From an uncultured candidate division Zixibacteria bacterium (GTDB lineage Bacteria; Zixibacteria; MSB-5A5; GN15; FEB-12): a stretch of 64,000 bases of DNA. Shown here in pieces: positions 46,305 to 56,202 of this stretch; position 1 is the first letter of the stretch, and the number at the start of each line of letters is the position of its first letter. Below the pieces are notes generated by a model. The model saw only the letters and a list, made by a program, of their open reading frames with translations, was not told where the DNA came from and did not search any database. Made by a program: the position numbers and the translations under genes. The stretch lies in the NCBI GenBank assembly GCA_963664195.1, contig OY760907.1, positions 3,744,001 to 3,808,000 of the forward strand, in the 5' to 3' direction.

Positions 46305-47093
46305 CTATCTCTTGAGATTGTTAGCGATAGAAGCCATATCATCGGCCGTCTGGATCGCTTTGGAGTTCATCTCGTAAGAGCGCTGTGCAACGATCATGTT
46401 CACCATTTCGTCAACCACCTGCACGTTGGACATTTCCAGATATCCCTGGGCAATCGTACCGATTCCGTTCTGTGCCGGAACATCGGTTGTCGGATCACCC
46501 GAAGCACTCGTCTGCACCATCAGATTCTTGCCGATGGCTGCCAGACCGGCCGGGTTGACAAATCGCGCCAACTCAAGCTGACCGATATCGGTCGGGGTGT
46601 CCTGACCAAACTGCTGCACGGAAACCGTGCCATCGGAGCCAATCGCCACCGACATCGCATCCGAGGGGACCGTGATCTCCGGCAGTATGAAGTATCCTTC
46701 GGTTGTCACCAACTGACCGTCGGCAGACATCTTCATGGCACCGTCGCGCGTGTACGCGGTCGTCCCGTCAGGCATCTGCACCTGGAAGAAGCCGTCACCC
46801 TCGATAGCCATGTCGAGCGGGTTACCCGTCGGCGAGAGATCACCCGTAGAGTACTCACGCACCGTGGCCGAGGGTTTGGTACCGTATCCAATGGAGAGTC
46901 CGACTGGCAATTCGCGCCCGGCAGCACTGGTTGTGCCGGCACGACGGAAATTCTGGTAGAGCACATCCTGGAATTCCAGTTTGCTTTTCTTGAAGCCTGT
47001 GGTGTTGGTGTTTGCCAGGTTGTTCGCGATGTTGTCCACATTCATCTGCTGGGCGGACATCCCGCTTGCTGCTGTGCGCATCGCCTTTATCAT
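46305..47093 (-). CDS. flgG: Distal rod protein FlgG
   Basis: ANNLANTNTTGFKK, FQDVLYQ, LEMSNVQVVDEMV. Confidence 0.97.
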   Translation of the reverse strand: MIKAMRTAASGMSAQQMNVDNIANNLANTNTTGFKKSKLEFQDVLYQNFRRAGTTSAAGRELPVGLSIGYGTKPSATVREYSTGDLSPTGNPLDMAIEGDGFFQVQMPDGTTAYTRDGAMKMSADGQLVTTEGYFILPEITVPSDAMSVAIGSDGTVSVQQFGQDTPTDIGQLELARFVNPAGLAAIGKNLMVQTSASGDPTTDVPAQNGIGTIAQGYLEMSNVQVVDEMVNMIVAQRSYEMNSKAIQTADDMASIANNLKR

Positions 47094-47128
47094 GGTATAG
47101 CTCCTATGCTACTAAATACTTTTCGTCT

Positions 47129-47857
47129 CTAATTGCCCGCCACTCGACGGAACAGGTGATCCAGAGTTGCTTCCTGCGTCTGGAGCGCCTTTGCGTTTGC
47201 CTCATATTCCCTGTAGGACACGATCATATCGACCATCTCGGCGACGACATCGACATTGGAGGACTCTTTGTATCCTTGCTGAATCGTGGCGTTGATAGAG
47301 GGAATCACTTCTTCCCCCTGCGGGACCTCAAACAACGACCCGCCAAGTCTCTGAAGCGTGTCGAGATCGGCCACCGAACGCGGCACGATCGTCCCGACAG
47401 CGAGACCGTCGACTTCCACCTCACCGGAGGCTGCGACCTTCAACTCACCGCTGCCAACCTGGAGCGCACCGCCCTCACCAAGCAGGCGATATCCGCCCGG
47501 TAGAGCCAGGAACCCCTCGCTATCGACCACAAACGAGCCGGAGCGCGTCAGTGCGTTAGAGCCGTCCGGACCCTGCAGCGCAAAGAAACCGTCGCCGTCA
47601 ATGGCCATATCGAGCGGATTGCCGGTCTTGTCAAACGCGCCTAGGGTGAAATCAACTCGGACCCGTGAATCCAGGGTCGATTGCCAGTCGTTGGTTCGGG
47701 GTTTGGTCTTCAACTCAGCCTTACTCAGTTCACGGCTGAATTCGACATCCTTCTTGTATCCGGAAGTACTGGCGTTAGCCAGATTATTGGCGATGGCTTC
47801 CTGTTTTTTCATGTTCGGAAGCATCCCGGACACAGATCTGTACATACCTTTAATCAT
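47129..47857 (-). CDS. flgF: Proximal rod protein FlgF
   Basis: ANNLANASTSGYKKD, TGNPLD, ESSNVD. Start moved to MIKGMY (GGAGG RBS). Confidence 0.92.
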   Translation of the reverse strand: MIKGMYRSVSGMLPNMKKQEAIANNLANASTSGYKKDVEFSRELSKAELKTKPRTNDWQSTLDSRVRVDFTLGAFDKTGNPLDMAIDGDGFFALQGPDGSNALTRSGSFVVDSEGFLALPGGYRLLGEGGALQVGSGELKVAASGEVEVDGLAVGTIVPRSVADLDTLQRLGGSLFEVPQGEEVIPSINATIQQGYKESSNVDVVAEMVDMIVSYREYEANAKALQTQEATLDHLFRRVAGN

Positions 47858-47878
47858 ACAATCCTCCATCCTTCCTAT

Positions 47879-47895
47879 AGCAGGAGCCGTGCCAA
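47879..47895 (-). promoter_or_regulatory. sigma54 promoter of flgFGAHIJ
   Basis: TTGGCACGGCTCCTGCT (GG-N10-GC). Confidence 0.85.
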
Positions 47896-47985
47896 GGTCG
47901 CACAGTGACTTGTTATCGTATTATCAATTAACAGCTTACGGGAGTTCTTGCGCGTGTGGCGCTAGGCGGATGAGAGGTGTTTTGG

Positions 47986-48020
47986 GGAAGGAATTTCTAA
48001 CCGAAACGGAAAAGTTTTCT
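47986..48020. promoter_or_regulatory. Tandem putative enhancer boxes for the flgF sigma54 promoter
   Basis: GGAAGGAATTTCT and GGAAAAGTTTTCT, 22 bp apart; first box 93 bp from the -24 GG. Confidence 0.6.
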
Positions 48021-48240
48021 AGGAGACGGGTTCGTTTTTGGAGGTACGACGTTCGAGCCGTTCATGCTTCTGTTTGGTCTGCATAATCAGCCTGTCCATG
48101 GCGGCATCAAACCGGGCTTCGCTACAAGGTTCGTCGTTGATGCGCATATACAGTGGACAATCGACTTTGTATCCGTAGCACTGAAGTTCCCCGGCCAAAT
48201 AGCACTCTTTGATGTACGTGCAGCGCACAGATTTCTTCAT
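48019..48240 (-). CDS. Small Cys-rich hypothetical protein (73 aa)
   Basis: ATG 48240 with AAGAGG RBS and its own sigma28-like promoter; C-x5-C-x7-C-x6-C-x10-C. Confidence 0.7.
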   Translation of the reverse strand: MKKSVRCTYIKECYLAGELQCYGYKVDCPLYMRINDEPCSEARFDAAMDRLIMQTKQKHERLERRTSKNEPVS

Positions 48241-48266
48241 GGACAACCTCTTTTTCACACTAGAAG

Positions 48267-48294
48267 AGATCGGCAGAAGGCCGCAATTGCTTGA
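48267..48294 (-). promoter_or_regulatory. sigma28 promoter of the small Cys-rich gene
   Basis: TCAA-N16-GCCGATCT. Confidence 0.65.
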
Positions 48295-48569
48295 CTACCA
48301 ACCGCGCACGCGGCTATCACGGCTTCTTTGAGAAGGCTAACCCGGTGCCTAATATGAACTTGATTGCACAACGATGACCGCTTTCACATTTCCGGTAGCC
48401 AAAACCGTCGGAAGTCGCTATATTGTTTGCGACACTAACTGTCAGGGATACAACCAGTTGACGCCATTACGGTGCCTTGTCGCAAATCTCAACCGGATTT
48501 CACCGCAAATCGGTAGAAATGCACGGCATTTGCTCAAAGCCAGTAAACACCTTTTATGCGGATATGGAT

Positions 48570-49871
48570 ATGATTCGAAACTGCCTTACCCTGCTCATCT
48601 GTCTTCTGTTGGCCCTCGCCTGTGCTGGCTCGATCTCGGCCCAGGACATAGGCGTAGCTGACACTATCGCTGTGGACTCTGCAACGGCCCACATCAACGG
48701 CATTGGTATCGTGCCGATACGCCTGACAAATGACAATGTCATAACGGCACTGGAGATTAGCCTCCGTCAGGCGACGACCCAGATCCAGGTCGATTCGTTC
48801 TCCTTTGCCGGCGGACGTCTGGATGTCGCGGGTGCCTTCAACGGCTTCGAGACTACGGCCAACAACACGATCATCACGATTTACTCGCTGCTCGGCGCGA
48901 CTGAGCTTCCTGCCGGAAGCGGCGTAATCGGCAACATCTATTACTCCTATCCGCAGAATACGCCTCTCCAGGTGATTCCGCTCGACTCGGTAACCTGGAG
49001 CGTTGGTGCGTTCACACACTCGACCTGGCTTCGCGGGGCGGACTCGCTGCCCGACGCTTACGTTCCTCAGTTCAAGCGCGGTTACCTGGATATCCAGGCC
49101 GCTCCCGAAACCACGGACTCCGTCTGGGTTGATGAGATCGAAGGCGAGCCGAGTCAAGCCGTTGCGGTCGGTGTGCACGGATTCAACGAACGAGATCTCT
49201 CGAAAATCGCCCTCGCGCTCCAGTACGGCTCCGACCTGCTGCATTTCGACAGTCTTTCCTGGGTAGGAACGCGCGTCGAGTACGCCTCAAACAAGACTGT
49301 ACAGCCCAGCGGCACCGCACACACCGTGTACGCCGTCGCTGAAGCAGGACAACTGGCGCCCATCTCCCCCGGATCGGGTCTGCTGGCAACGCTGCACTTC
49401 ACGATTGATGCCGCCTGTCCGGAAACAACTTTTGTGATCGACTCGGTCATGGTCGGCCTTAACAGCGGCACGGAGTTCACGATCACCACCGCGCTGGGCG
49501 GCGGAGCTTTCACTCCGGGATTCACACCGGGGTCTATTGACGTACGGGTTGTCAGCGATGTCGAGGACATCACGCCTGAAAGCACGCTGCCAACAGATTT
49601 CGCGCTGGCACAGAATTACCCGAACCCGTTCAACCCGACTACGAGTATCGAGTTGAGTCTGCCGACCGCGAGCAAGGTTACGCTGGATGTGTTCAACATA
49701 ATCGGGCAAAAGGTTCGTACTCTTGTTGACGGCGAGTTGCCCGCTGGTGTGCACCGCGTGGAATTCGACAGTCGAGCGAGCAGTGGCAATACGCTTGCGA
49801 CAGGTGTGTACTTCTACCGTATCAGCACTGACCGGTTTACGCAGACGAAAAAGATGCTTCTGATGAAATAG
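48570..49871 (+). CDS. Secreted protein with two cohesin-like domains and T9SS type A/FlgD-Ig C-terminal domain
   Basis: Signal peptide; two repeated beta-sandwich units (DTIAVDS.../DSVWVDE...); LAQNYPNPFNPTT...GVYFYRI...TKKMLLMK. Start 48564 or 48570. Confidence 0.8.
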   Translation: MIRNCLTLLICLLLALACAGSISAQDIGVADTIAVDSATAHINGIGIVPIRLTNDNVITALEISLRQATTQIQVDSFSFAGGRLDVAGAFNGFETTANNTIITIYSLLGATELPAGSGVIGNIYYSYPQNTPLQVIPLDSVTWSVGAFTHSTWLRGADSLPDAYVPQFKRGYLDIQAAPETTDSVWVDEIEGEPSQAVAVGVHGFNERDLSKIALALQYGSDLLHFDSLSWVGTRVEYASNKTVQPSGTAHTVYAVAEAGQLAPISPGSGLLATLHFTIDAACPETTFVIDSVMVGLNSGTEFTITTALGGGAFTPGFTPGSIDVRVVSDVEDITPESTLPTDFALAQNYPNPFNPTTSIELSLPTASKVTLDVFNIIGQKVRTLVDGELPAGVHRVEFDSRASSGNTLATGVYFYRISTDRFTQTKKMLLMK

Positions 49872-49901
49872 CGCGCGACAGTACAGGGTGTGCGCAGTAA
49901 G

Positions 49902-49940
49902 AACCGCCCGGGTCTCGATACCCGGGCGGTTTGTTTTGTG
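49902..49940 (+). terminator. Intrinsic terminator of the cohesin-CTD gene; right arm repeated at 50097-50123
   Basis: AACCGCCCGGGT-CTCGAT-ACCCGGGCGGTT + TGTTTTG. Confidence 0.75.
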
Positions 49941-50013
49941 TGTTTTGCTGAAGAAGTATCCCATCTCCTGTGCCGCATCCGCTTGTGGTGGGATTGGCAT
50001 CTGCGCCTGTGCC

Positions 50014-50123
50014 TCGGGGTGGCCCCTTCAAACTCGTTTGGAGGGGTATTACATCCGGGCCAAACAAGTGTGACCCGGCCACCCGACGCCTTGGTTTCGA
50101 TACCCGGGCGGTTTTGTTTTGTG
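50014..50123. repeat. REP-like nested palindrome element
   Basis: Outer inverted repeat GGGTGGCC/GGCCACCC encloses two hairpins with CAAAC-NN-GT(T/G)TG cores, followed by a degenerate copy of the 49902 hairpin. Confidence 0.55.
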
Positions 50124-50174
50124 GGGGGAGGAGGGAACTCGTTAGAACCAACCCACCCGACGAAACCTGACTTC

Positions 50175-50954
50175 CTACACTTCTCCCCTCAACATCTCGA
50201 AAAACGCCTCGCGGGCGTGCTTCTCGATCCACGGATAGTGCCCGCATTTCGGCAGCACGTGACAACTGACGTCGTCGATACAGGTTTCGAGAAACGGACG
50301 GATGCCATCGATCGGATGCGGGTCATACTCACCGTGGATGATGACCGTCGGACAGGTTATCTTCGAGAACTCCGTTTTCAAACGGTCCTTCCCGTCACGC
50401 ATTGCTACAAAGTCCGACCAGACTTTCGTGTGCACGTCGAACTGGACTTCCTCGACCTCAAGCTCACGTGTGATCGGGTCGTACATATCAACGTCGGAAA
50501 GCAGAGTTCCCCATTCCGCCAGGAGTGCGTCCCGCTGGTCGTCGGGCGCATCGTCGAGCTGCTGGAGTATTTCGTCGTGCCGTTTGCGATTGTCTTCGGT
50601 CAGTCTGGCCAGTCGAGCCGGACCGATTTGCGCCGATGACTCAGCATCGAAAACCGCACTGCCGACAAGGATGATCTTCCGCGTAAGTTTCGGATGCCGC
50701 GCCGCGAAAAACAACGCCAGCACCGCTCCCCAGGATGAGCCGATCAGCGTGATCGGCGTCTCGCCGTGCTCTCGCACCTGTCCGCGCAATTCCTCTACCT
50801 GGCCGTCGATAGAATCCTCTGATTGAAACGGTTCCAGCACGCCGACGGTCTCCCCCATATCCCTGCCCACGGGTGCCATTGATCCGGGTGCCCCGGGGCC
50901 ACCGTGAAGCACTGCAACTCGAAACGGTTCCTCTCCGTATTTCCGAACGGTCAT
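50175..50954 (-). CDS. Alpha/beta-fold hydrolase (proline iminopeptidase-like)
   Basis: LHGGPG, GSSWG nucleophile elbow, HGEYD, CGHYPW. Start moved to MTVRKY. Confidence 0.9.
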   Translation of the reverse strand: MTVRKYGEEPFRVAVLHGGPGAPGSMAPVGRDMGETVGVLEPFQSEDSIDGQVEELRGQVREHGETPITLIGSSWGAVLALFFAARHPKLTRKIILVGSAVFDAESSAQIGPARLARLTEDNRKRHDEILQQLDDAPDDQRDALLAEWGTLLSDVDMYDPITRELEVEEVQFDVHTKVWSDFVAMRDGKDRLKTEFSKITCPTVIIHGEYDPHPIDGIRPFLETCIDDVSCHVLPKCGHYPWIEKHAREAFFEMLRGEV

Positions 50955-51084
50955 ATCGAAAGTCCTTTTGTGTAGCAATCGTTGTTCGAAAGAATGGATA
51001 GCAGTCCGTGCAAACAAGCGTTTTACTCGTTTGCCTACCGCGGGCGACAGGATCGGCCCTTGTCCGGGTTAATTGCTGCCCGGA

Positions 51085-51552
51085 TCAGGCGGTCTTTTTC
51101 GAATTGGCCCGCTGGCGTAGAAAAGTATTGGTGGAGATTTCGTCGAGATCTTTTTGTTCGACTTTTTCGATCTCTTTGCGATGCCGGGTTTTCTGCTTCT
51201 CTTTGAGCAGTTCGTACATCTTGCGTTCTTTGGCCGCCTCGACCAGTTTCTGGCGACGCTTCTCGACTTCACGTTCGAGTCCGCGAAGAAACTCTGTGCC
51301 TGCAATGCGATCGCGTTTCAGACGCACGAGATACCGCGAGCAAACAAGCGTCTCGGCGACGCTGATGTTACCGATCAGTTTCTTGCGCTGATGGTCAAAC
51401 GTACTGACACGGTGCTTGTCGAGCTCGGTTAGTTTGCCCTTTTGTTCGACAACCTGTCCCTGAGCCTCGGCCAGTTCTTTTTGACGTTCTTTCTCTTTGT
51501 GCTCGCGCACTTTGAGCATCGGCTCGAACCGGTATTTGAACTTCTTGGCCAT
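51085..51552 (-). CDS. fliJ: Flagellar export protein FliJ
   Basis: FKYRFEPMLKVR...EQKDLDE coiled coil after fliI. Confidence 0.92.
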   Translation of the reverse strand: MAKKFKYRFEPMLKVREHKEKERQKELAEAQGQVVEQKGKLTELDKHRVSTFDHQRKKLIGNISVAETLVCSRYLVRLKRDRIAGTEFLRGLEREVEKRRQKLVEAAKERKMYELLKEKQKTRHRKEIEKVEQKDLDEISTNTFLRQRANSKKTA

Positions 51553-51556
51553 ACGA

Positions 51557-52873
51557 TCAATTCGCGACAATCTGTTTCATTTGCGAGATCAGGTCGCTGT
51601 GTTCGCATTTCTCGTAGATGCCCTGTTTGAAGAGCGTGTTGATATCGTCCATCTTGCTGATAGCCCGATCGATTTTCGGATTAGAGCCTTTGGCATAGGC
51701 CCCTATATTGATCAAGTCTTCCGATTCTCTGTAGGTGGCTACAAGCTCACGAATCTCGCCGCCGAGGGCGACTTCTTCCTCTGTCGAAACATCTTTCATA
51801 AGACGACTGATGGAGTCGAGAACGTCCACCGCCGGATACTGGTTGAGCGATGCCAACCGGCGTGACAGCGCGACGTGACCATCAAGAATAGAACGTACGG
51901 CATCCGAGATCGGCTCGTTGAAATCGTCTGCCTCCACAAGCACGGTGTACAATCCGGTGATCGATCCCGCCTGTGTGGAACCGGCCCGTTCAAGAAGAGT
52001 CGGCAGCAGTGCAAACACCGAGGGCGTGTAGCCCTTGGTAGCCGGCGGCTCTCCCACGGCCAGGCCTATTTCGCGCTGTGCCATGGCGACACGAGTGACC
52101 GAATCCATGAGCAGCATGACGTTTTTACCGTCCTCGCGGAAGTACTCCGCGATTGCAGTGGCAGCCATTGCGCCCTTGATACGGATCAGCGCCGGTTGAT
52201 CGGAACTCACGGCCACGACGACCGAGCGAGCGAGTCCCTGCGGGCCGAGATCGCGTTCGATGAACTCACGGACCTCGCGGCCACGTTCACCGATCAGCGC
52301 GATGACGTTTATGTCGGCGGAGGAGTTTCTGGCGATCATGCCGAGCGTGACAGACTTGCCAACGCCGGAGCCCGCGAAAATCCCCATCCTCTGTCCTTTG
52401 CCTATAGCCGTCATGCTGTCAATAGCTTTGATACCGGTCCTGACCGGTTCTTTGATACGACTGCGGCTGAGCACCGGAATGGGAGAAGCCGAGACCGAAC
52501 GTGTAACGCTGCTGGCAATGGGACCTTTTCCGTCGAGAGGCCGGCCAAGTCCGTCGAGAATTCTACCGACTAGCGAAGGTCCAACCGGAATTCGCAGTTG
52601 ATCCGAAGTGGAAGTAACAATCGCTCCCGGAGTAATCCCACTGATGGGGCCGTAGGGCATCAGCAGCAGACGGTTGTCGCGGAAGCCGACTACTTCGGCC
52701 TGTATTTTCGAGGACGAGTCCTGGTTTTCTATGTGGCAGAGACGACCGATCGAGATCGCCGGTCCTGCGGATTCGATCACGAGGCCGACAACCTGTGTGA
52801 CTTTGCCAAAGTGCTTGACGGGGTTGGATCTGGCAATCCGATCAGAGTACATATCGTAGGGGACTACACTCAA
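51557..52873 (-). CDS. fliI: Flagellar export ATPase FliI
   Basis: GIFAGSGVGKS, IGERGREV, LLMDSVTR, GEPPATKGY. Confidence 0.97.
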   Translation of the reverse strand: MSVVPYDMYSDRIARSNPVKHFGKVTQVVGLVIESAGPAISIGRLCHIENQDSSSKIQAEVVGFRDNRLLLMPYGPISGITPGAIVTSTSDQLRIPVGPSLVGRILDGLGRPLDGKGPIASSVTRSVSASPIPVLSRSRIKEPVRTGIKAIDSMTAIGKGQRMGIFAGSGVGKSVTLGMIARNSSADINVIALIGERGREVREFIERDLGPQGLARSVVVAVSSDQPALIRIKGAMAATAIAEYFREDGKNVMLLMDSVTRVAMAQREIGLAVGEPPATKGYTPSVFALLPTLLERAGSTQAGSITGLYTVLVEADDFNEPISDAVRSILDGHVALSRRLASLNQYPAVDVLDSISRLMKDVSTEEEVALGGEIRELVATYRESEDLINIGAYAKGSNPKIDRAISKMDDINTLFKQGIYEKCEHSDLISQMKQIVAN

Positions 52874-53571
52874 TTAGATTCACCGTCGTTGAGGAGGGCG
52901 TTGGTAACGACTTCGAACTGCGATTCAAGCCGGGCATCTATGTCACCTGTCGGCGTCTCGATGAAGCATCCCCCCATGCGCACTCGCGGATCCGCCTCAA
53001 ACGTGAGGTCTTTGATCGAGGTCGAGTTGCCAAGGAACCGATCCATGCTCTGTTCGAGAATCGGCAAATGTTTCGGGTGAACCTTGATCTTCAGCCTGGA
53101 ACGGTCCACCAAACCGTTGATTACGCTCTCAATGAGATCAACGGTCGCTTCGCGGTCGATTTCCATGGCATCGTAAGTGACTTTCTTGCTGATTTGAACG
53201 ACAAGATCAAGAATGTTCTGTTTTGCTTCCTCCAGCAAGGCACTCCGCTGATTGACGGCATCCTGAATCGCCGCTTCGAACTGCCCGAGCACTTTGCGTG
53301 CTTCGTTCAATCCTTCCTGAAGACCGGTCTCGTGCCCCTGCTTGAGACCTGCCTTGTGAGCTTCTTCGCAATCCTGACGGAGTCTTTCTTCTAATCTGGC
53401 GACTTCGCAGACTGGAATCATCTTCGCGCCGTCGGGATCGGTAATCAGGGATACCAGCGGAAATATCTGGCCCAATCGCTCCTCGGCGCTTTTCTCGGCC
53501 CGGAGATCAAGTTGCCGGTCACCGATGAAGACTGTTGGTGCCGCCGTGGCATATCGTATTATTTTAGACAA
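52870..53571 (-). CDS. fliH: Flagellar assembly protein FliH
   Basis: AxxxGxxxG repeats, VHP, GGCFIET...GDIDARL. Confidence 0.92.
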   Translation of the reverse strand: MSKIIRYATAAPTVFIGDRQLDLRAEKSAEERLGQIFPLVSLITDPDGAKMIPVCEVARLEERLRQDCEEAHKAGLKQGHETGLQEGLNEARKVLGQFEAAIQDAVNQRSALLEEAKQNILDLVVQISKKVTYDAMEIDREATVDLIESVINGLVDRSRLKIKVHPKHLPILEQSMDRFLGNSTSIKDLTFEADPRVRMGGCFIETPTGDIDARLESQFEVVTNALLNDGESN

Positions 53572-54574
53572 TTACATCCTCTTTGCCGCCACGGCCGGAG
53601 ATTATAATCTGGCCTTCTTCCTCAAGTCTCCTGACTGCCTCAACAATGCGACCCTGCGCCGACTCGACATCGGAGAGTCTGGTCGGACCCATGAATTCCA
53701 TTTCTTCCTTGATCATCACCGATACACGTTCGGAAACATTCGCGAAAATCTTACTCTTGACTTCGTCGCCCGCAGCCTTCAGGGCGGTCGAGAGGTCCTT
53801 GGTTTCGACTTCCTTCAGCAGACGCTGAATAGAGCGATCATCCAGGAGGACGAGGTCATCAAAGACAAACATCATGTTCTTGACTTCTGCGGCAAGATCC
53901 GGGTCTTCTGCTTCAAGCGACTGTAGAATATTCTTTTCAGCTGTGGTGTCGATAAGGTTGAGGATCTCTGCAATTGCTTTTGCGCCGCCGGACACAGAGA
54001 GGTCGCGGGCCGAGTCCGTACCAAAGTGAGCTTCGAGGGTAGCCTCGATCTCCTTGAGGATTTCCGGAGATATCTTCTCCATTGTTGCCACCCGGAGCGA
54101 AACTTCGGTCTGCAGTTCCGGGGGCAGTTCCGAGAGTACCGCTGCGGCCTGAGTCGGGTTCAACTGTGTGAGAATCAGGGCCGTGGTCTGAGGGTGCTCA
54201 TTCTGGAAATAGCCGGTAAGTTGCTTGGGATCGATATCTTTCAGTAGCGAGAAACCGGTTGCCTTAAACGATGATTCGAGCCGTTGCAGTATGTCGCGCG
54301 CACGACTCATGCCCACGGCCTTTTCGAGAATTTCGGAGGCGAAATCCACACCACCCTGAGAGATATACTGACGGGCCATGAAGATTTCGTGGCACTCGGC
54401 TATCACCTTCTCTTCGATATCGGCAGGGACATCACGAAGGTTGGCGATTTCAATGGTGATCTTCTCAAGCTCGTTTTCGTTCATGCCCTTGAGTACCAGA
54501 GCAGAAACCTCCGGACCGAACGCCACCAGCGCTACTGCCGCTTTCTGTTGAGGGGTCATTTCTTCAAACAGCAT
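53564..54574 (-). CDS. fliG: Motor switch protein FliG
   Basis: QKAAV, EHPQT, MFVFDDL, GPTRLSDVE. Confidence 0.97.
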   Translation of the reverse strand: MLFEEMTPQQKAAVALVAFGPEVSALVLKGMNENELEKITIEIANLRDVPADIEEKVIAECHEIFMARQYISQGGVDFASEILEKAVGMSRARDILQRLESSFKATGFSLLKDIDPKQLTGYFQNEHPQTTALILTQLNPTQAAAVLSELPPELQTEVSLRVATMEKISPEILKEIEATLEAHFGTDSARDLSVSGGAKAIAEILNLIDTTAEKNILQSLEAEDPDLAAEVKNMMFVFDDLVLLDDRSIQRLLKEVETKDLSTALKAAGDEVKSKIFANVSERVSVMIKEEMEFMGPTRLSDVESAQGRIVEAVRRLEEEGQIIISGRGGKEDVIV

Positions 54575-54581
54575 ACCGACT

Positions 54582-56141
54582 CTACTCGATCATCATAGTT
54601 TTAATGACTTTGGCGATTTCATCAGGACGATCTTTCGCCGCTTTCTGCATGTGGTCAACCAGCCGAGGTGCTCTCTTCTCCGGTTCAATCGGCTGCAATA
54701 TCTGCTCTTCCTCCTCAGAGGACCTCGACTCAGAGGGGGCAGCCATCATGATCGGACGCTGCGGAACGATCTTGCCAAGCGCGCCAAACAACTTGCTCGA
54801 TTTCTTCTTGAACCAGAGAAGACCGATCAGAGCCAGCAGGACTATACCAATCTTCTTTGCCGTGTCGATATAGAACTCTCTCATGTACATCGAGTCCAGC
54901 AGTTCCCTGTCGCTGTCGAGATCGCGACGATCAAAGGGCAGGTTAACCATTTCTATCTGATCGCTTCGCTGAGCATCAAATCCCACGGCGTTCTGGACGA
55001 TTGCCGTCAGGCGGTCAAGCTCTTCCTGGGGACGAGGCTGGTACACCGACTCGATATCGCCGGCTTCGTTTTCCACGTCATTGTATGTTCCATCGACCAT
55101 GACGGCAACCGACAGCCGATTGACACCGCCAACACCGTTGATGATGTGCTCCATGGTTTTGTTAAGCTCGTAATTAGTAATTGTCGTTTCGTTCGATCCG
55201 TCCTCGTTGGACTCGTCGGTCTCGCCGTTCTTATCTGTAAGGGTGTTCGAACTCTTGACGCGCTCTTCGCTGCGAATCGATGGTGAGTTGGCATCGTAAA
55301 TCTCCGAAGTACGCTCAAGCTGCTGGAAGTCCAGGTCGGCAGTTACTCTCACCAGCGAGGTTGAGGGACCAAGAACGCCGTCGAGCAGCGACTGCGCTTT
55401 GTCTTCAAGGTATGCCTCGACATTCTTGCGGACCTCAAGCTGTGTACTCGACAGCCCGGCGACGGCATCGCTCGAATTTCCGGATGACAGCAGATTGCCA
55501 TCATAATCGATTATGGCGATGTTCTCCGGCTTCAATCCCTCGACAGATGCAGCCACCAAATTGGCAATACCGCCGATCTGACGTTTGCCGAGGCCGTTCT
55601 TGCCGGTCAGTTTCAGCAGCACCGAAGCGGTGGCCTCTTTCTTGTCAGCTTTGAACAAACGATCCTTCGGCACGACAATGTGCACGCGTGCGGCCTGCAC
55701 CTCGTTGAGTTGCATGATCGTGCGCGTCAACTCACCCTCCAGAGCCCGACGGAAATTCAGGTTCTGCAGAAAGTCGGTCATGCCCAGGTTGTTCTGGTCA
55801 AAGATCGAATACCCGACACTGCCCGACCTCGGTATGCCTTCGGCGGCCAGAGATATCCTCGTCTTGTAAACATCGTCGGATGGAATCTCGATTGTGCGAC
55901 CGCTACCGGATATCTGGTAGGGAATCTTGTTGTCGGTGAGATAGTTAATGACGTCGCCCGATTCAGCTTCGTCGAGATCAGAGTACAGGCGTGAATAGGT
56001 GACACTCGAGAACCATCCGACCACGAGGACTATCCCGACGATCGATCCGGCAACAACGCCAAAAAGCATCATGACCTGACTGGGGGTCATTCTGCTGATG
56101 AAATCACCAAAACCCTTAAATACCTGTTTAAAGTAGTCCAT
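54582..56141 (-). CDS. fliF: MS-ring protein FliF
   Basis: Two TMs, GYSIFD, RALEGELTRTI, ARVHI, RLSVAVMVDG. Confidence 0.97.
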   Translation of the reverse strand: MDYFKQVFKGFGDFISRMTPSQVMMLFGVVAGSIVGIVLVVGWFSSVTYSRLYSDLDEAESGDVINYLTDNKIPYQISGSGRTIEIPSDDVYKTRISLAAEGIPRSGSVGYSIFDQNNLGMTDFLQNLNFRRALEGELTRTIMQLNEVQAARVHIVVPKDRLFKADKKEATASVLLKLTGKNGLGKRQIGGIANLVAASVEGLKPENIAIIDYDGNLLSSGNSSDAVAGLSSTQLEVRKNVEAYLEDKAQSLLDGVLGPSTSLVRVTADLDFQQLERTSEIYDANSPSIRSEERVKSSNTLTDKNGETDESNEDGSNETTITNYELNKTMEHIINGVGGVNRLSVAVMVDGTYNDVENEAGDIESVYQPRPQEELDRLTAIVQNAVGFDAQRSDQIEMVNLPFDRRDLDSDRELLDSMYMREFYIDTAKKIGIVLLALIGLLWFKKKSSKLFGALGKIVPQRPIMMAAPSESRSSEEEEQILQPIEPEKRAPRLVDHMQKAAKDRPDEIAKVIKTMMIE

Positions 56142-56202
56142 ATGACATCCTATTTACCACATGTGACCAACCGATCCATGGCCGGTCTCGAGTATCTGAC
56201 AG

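Noticed and set aside
49902..50165. CRISPR array
   Set aside because: Only two imperfect repeat copies with irregular spacing and no cas genes; better described as terminator/REP-like palindromes.
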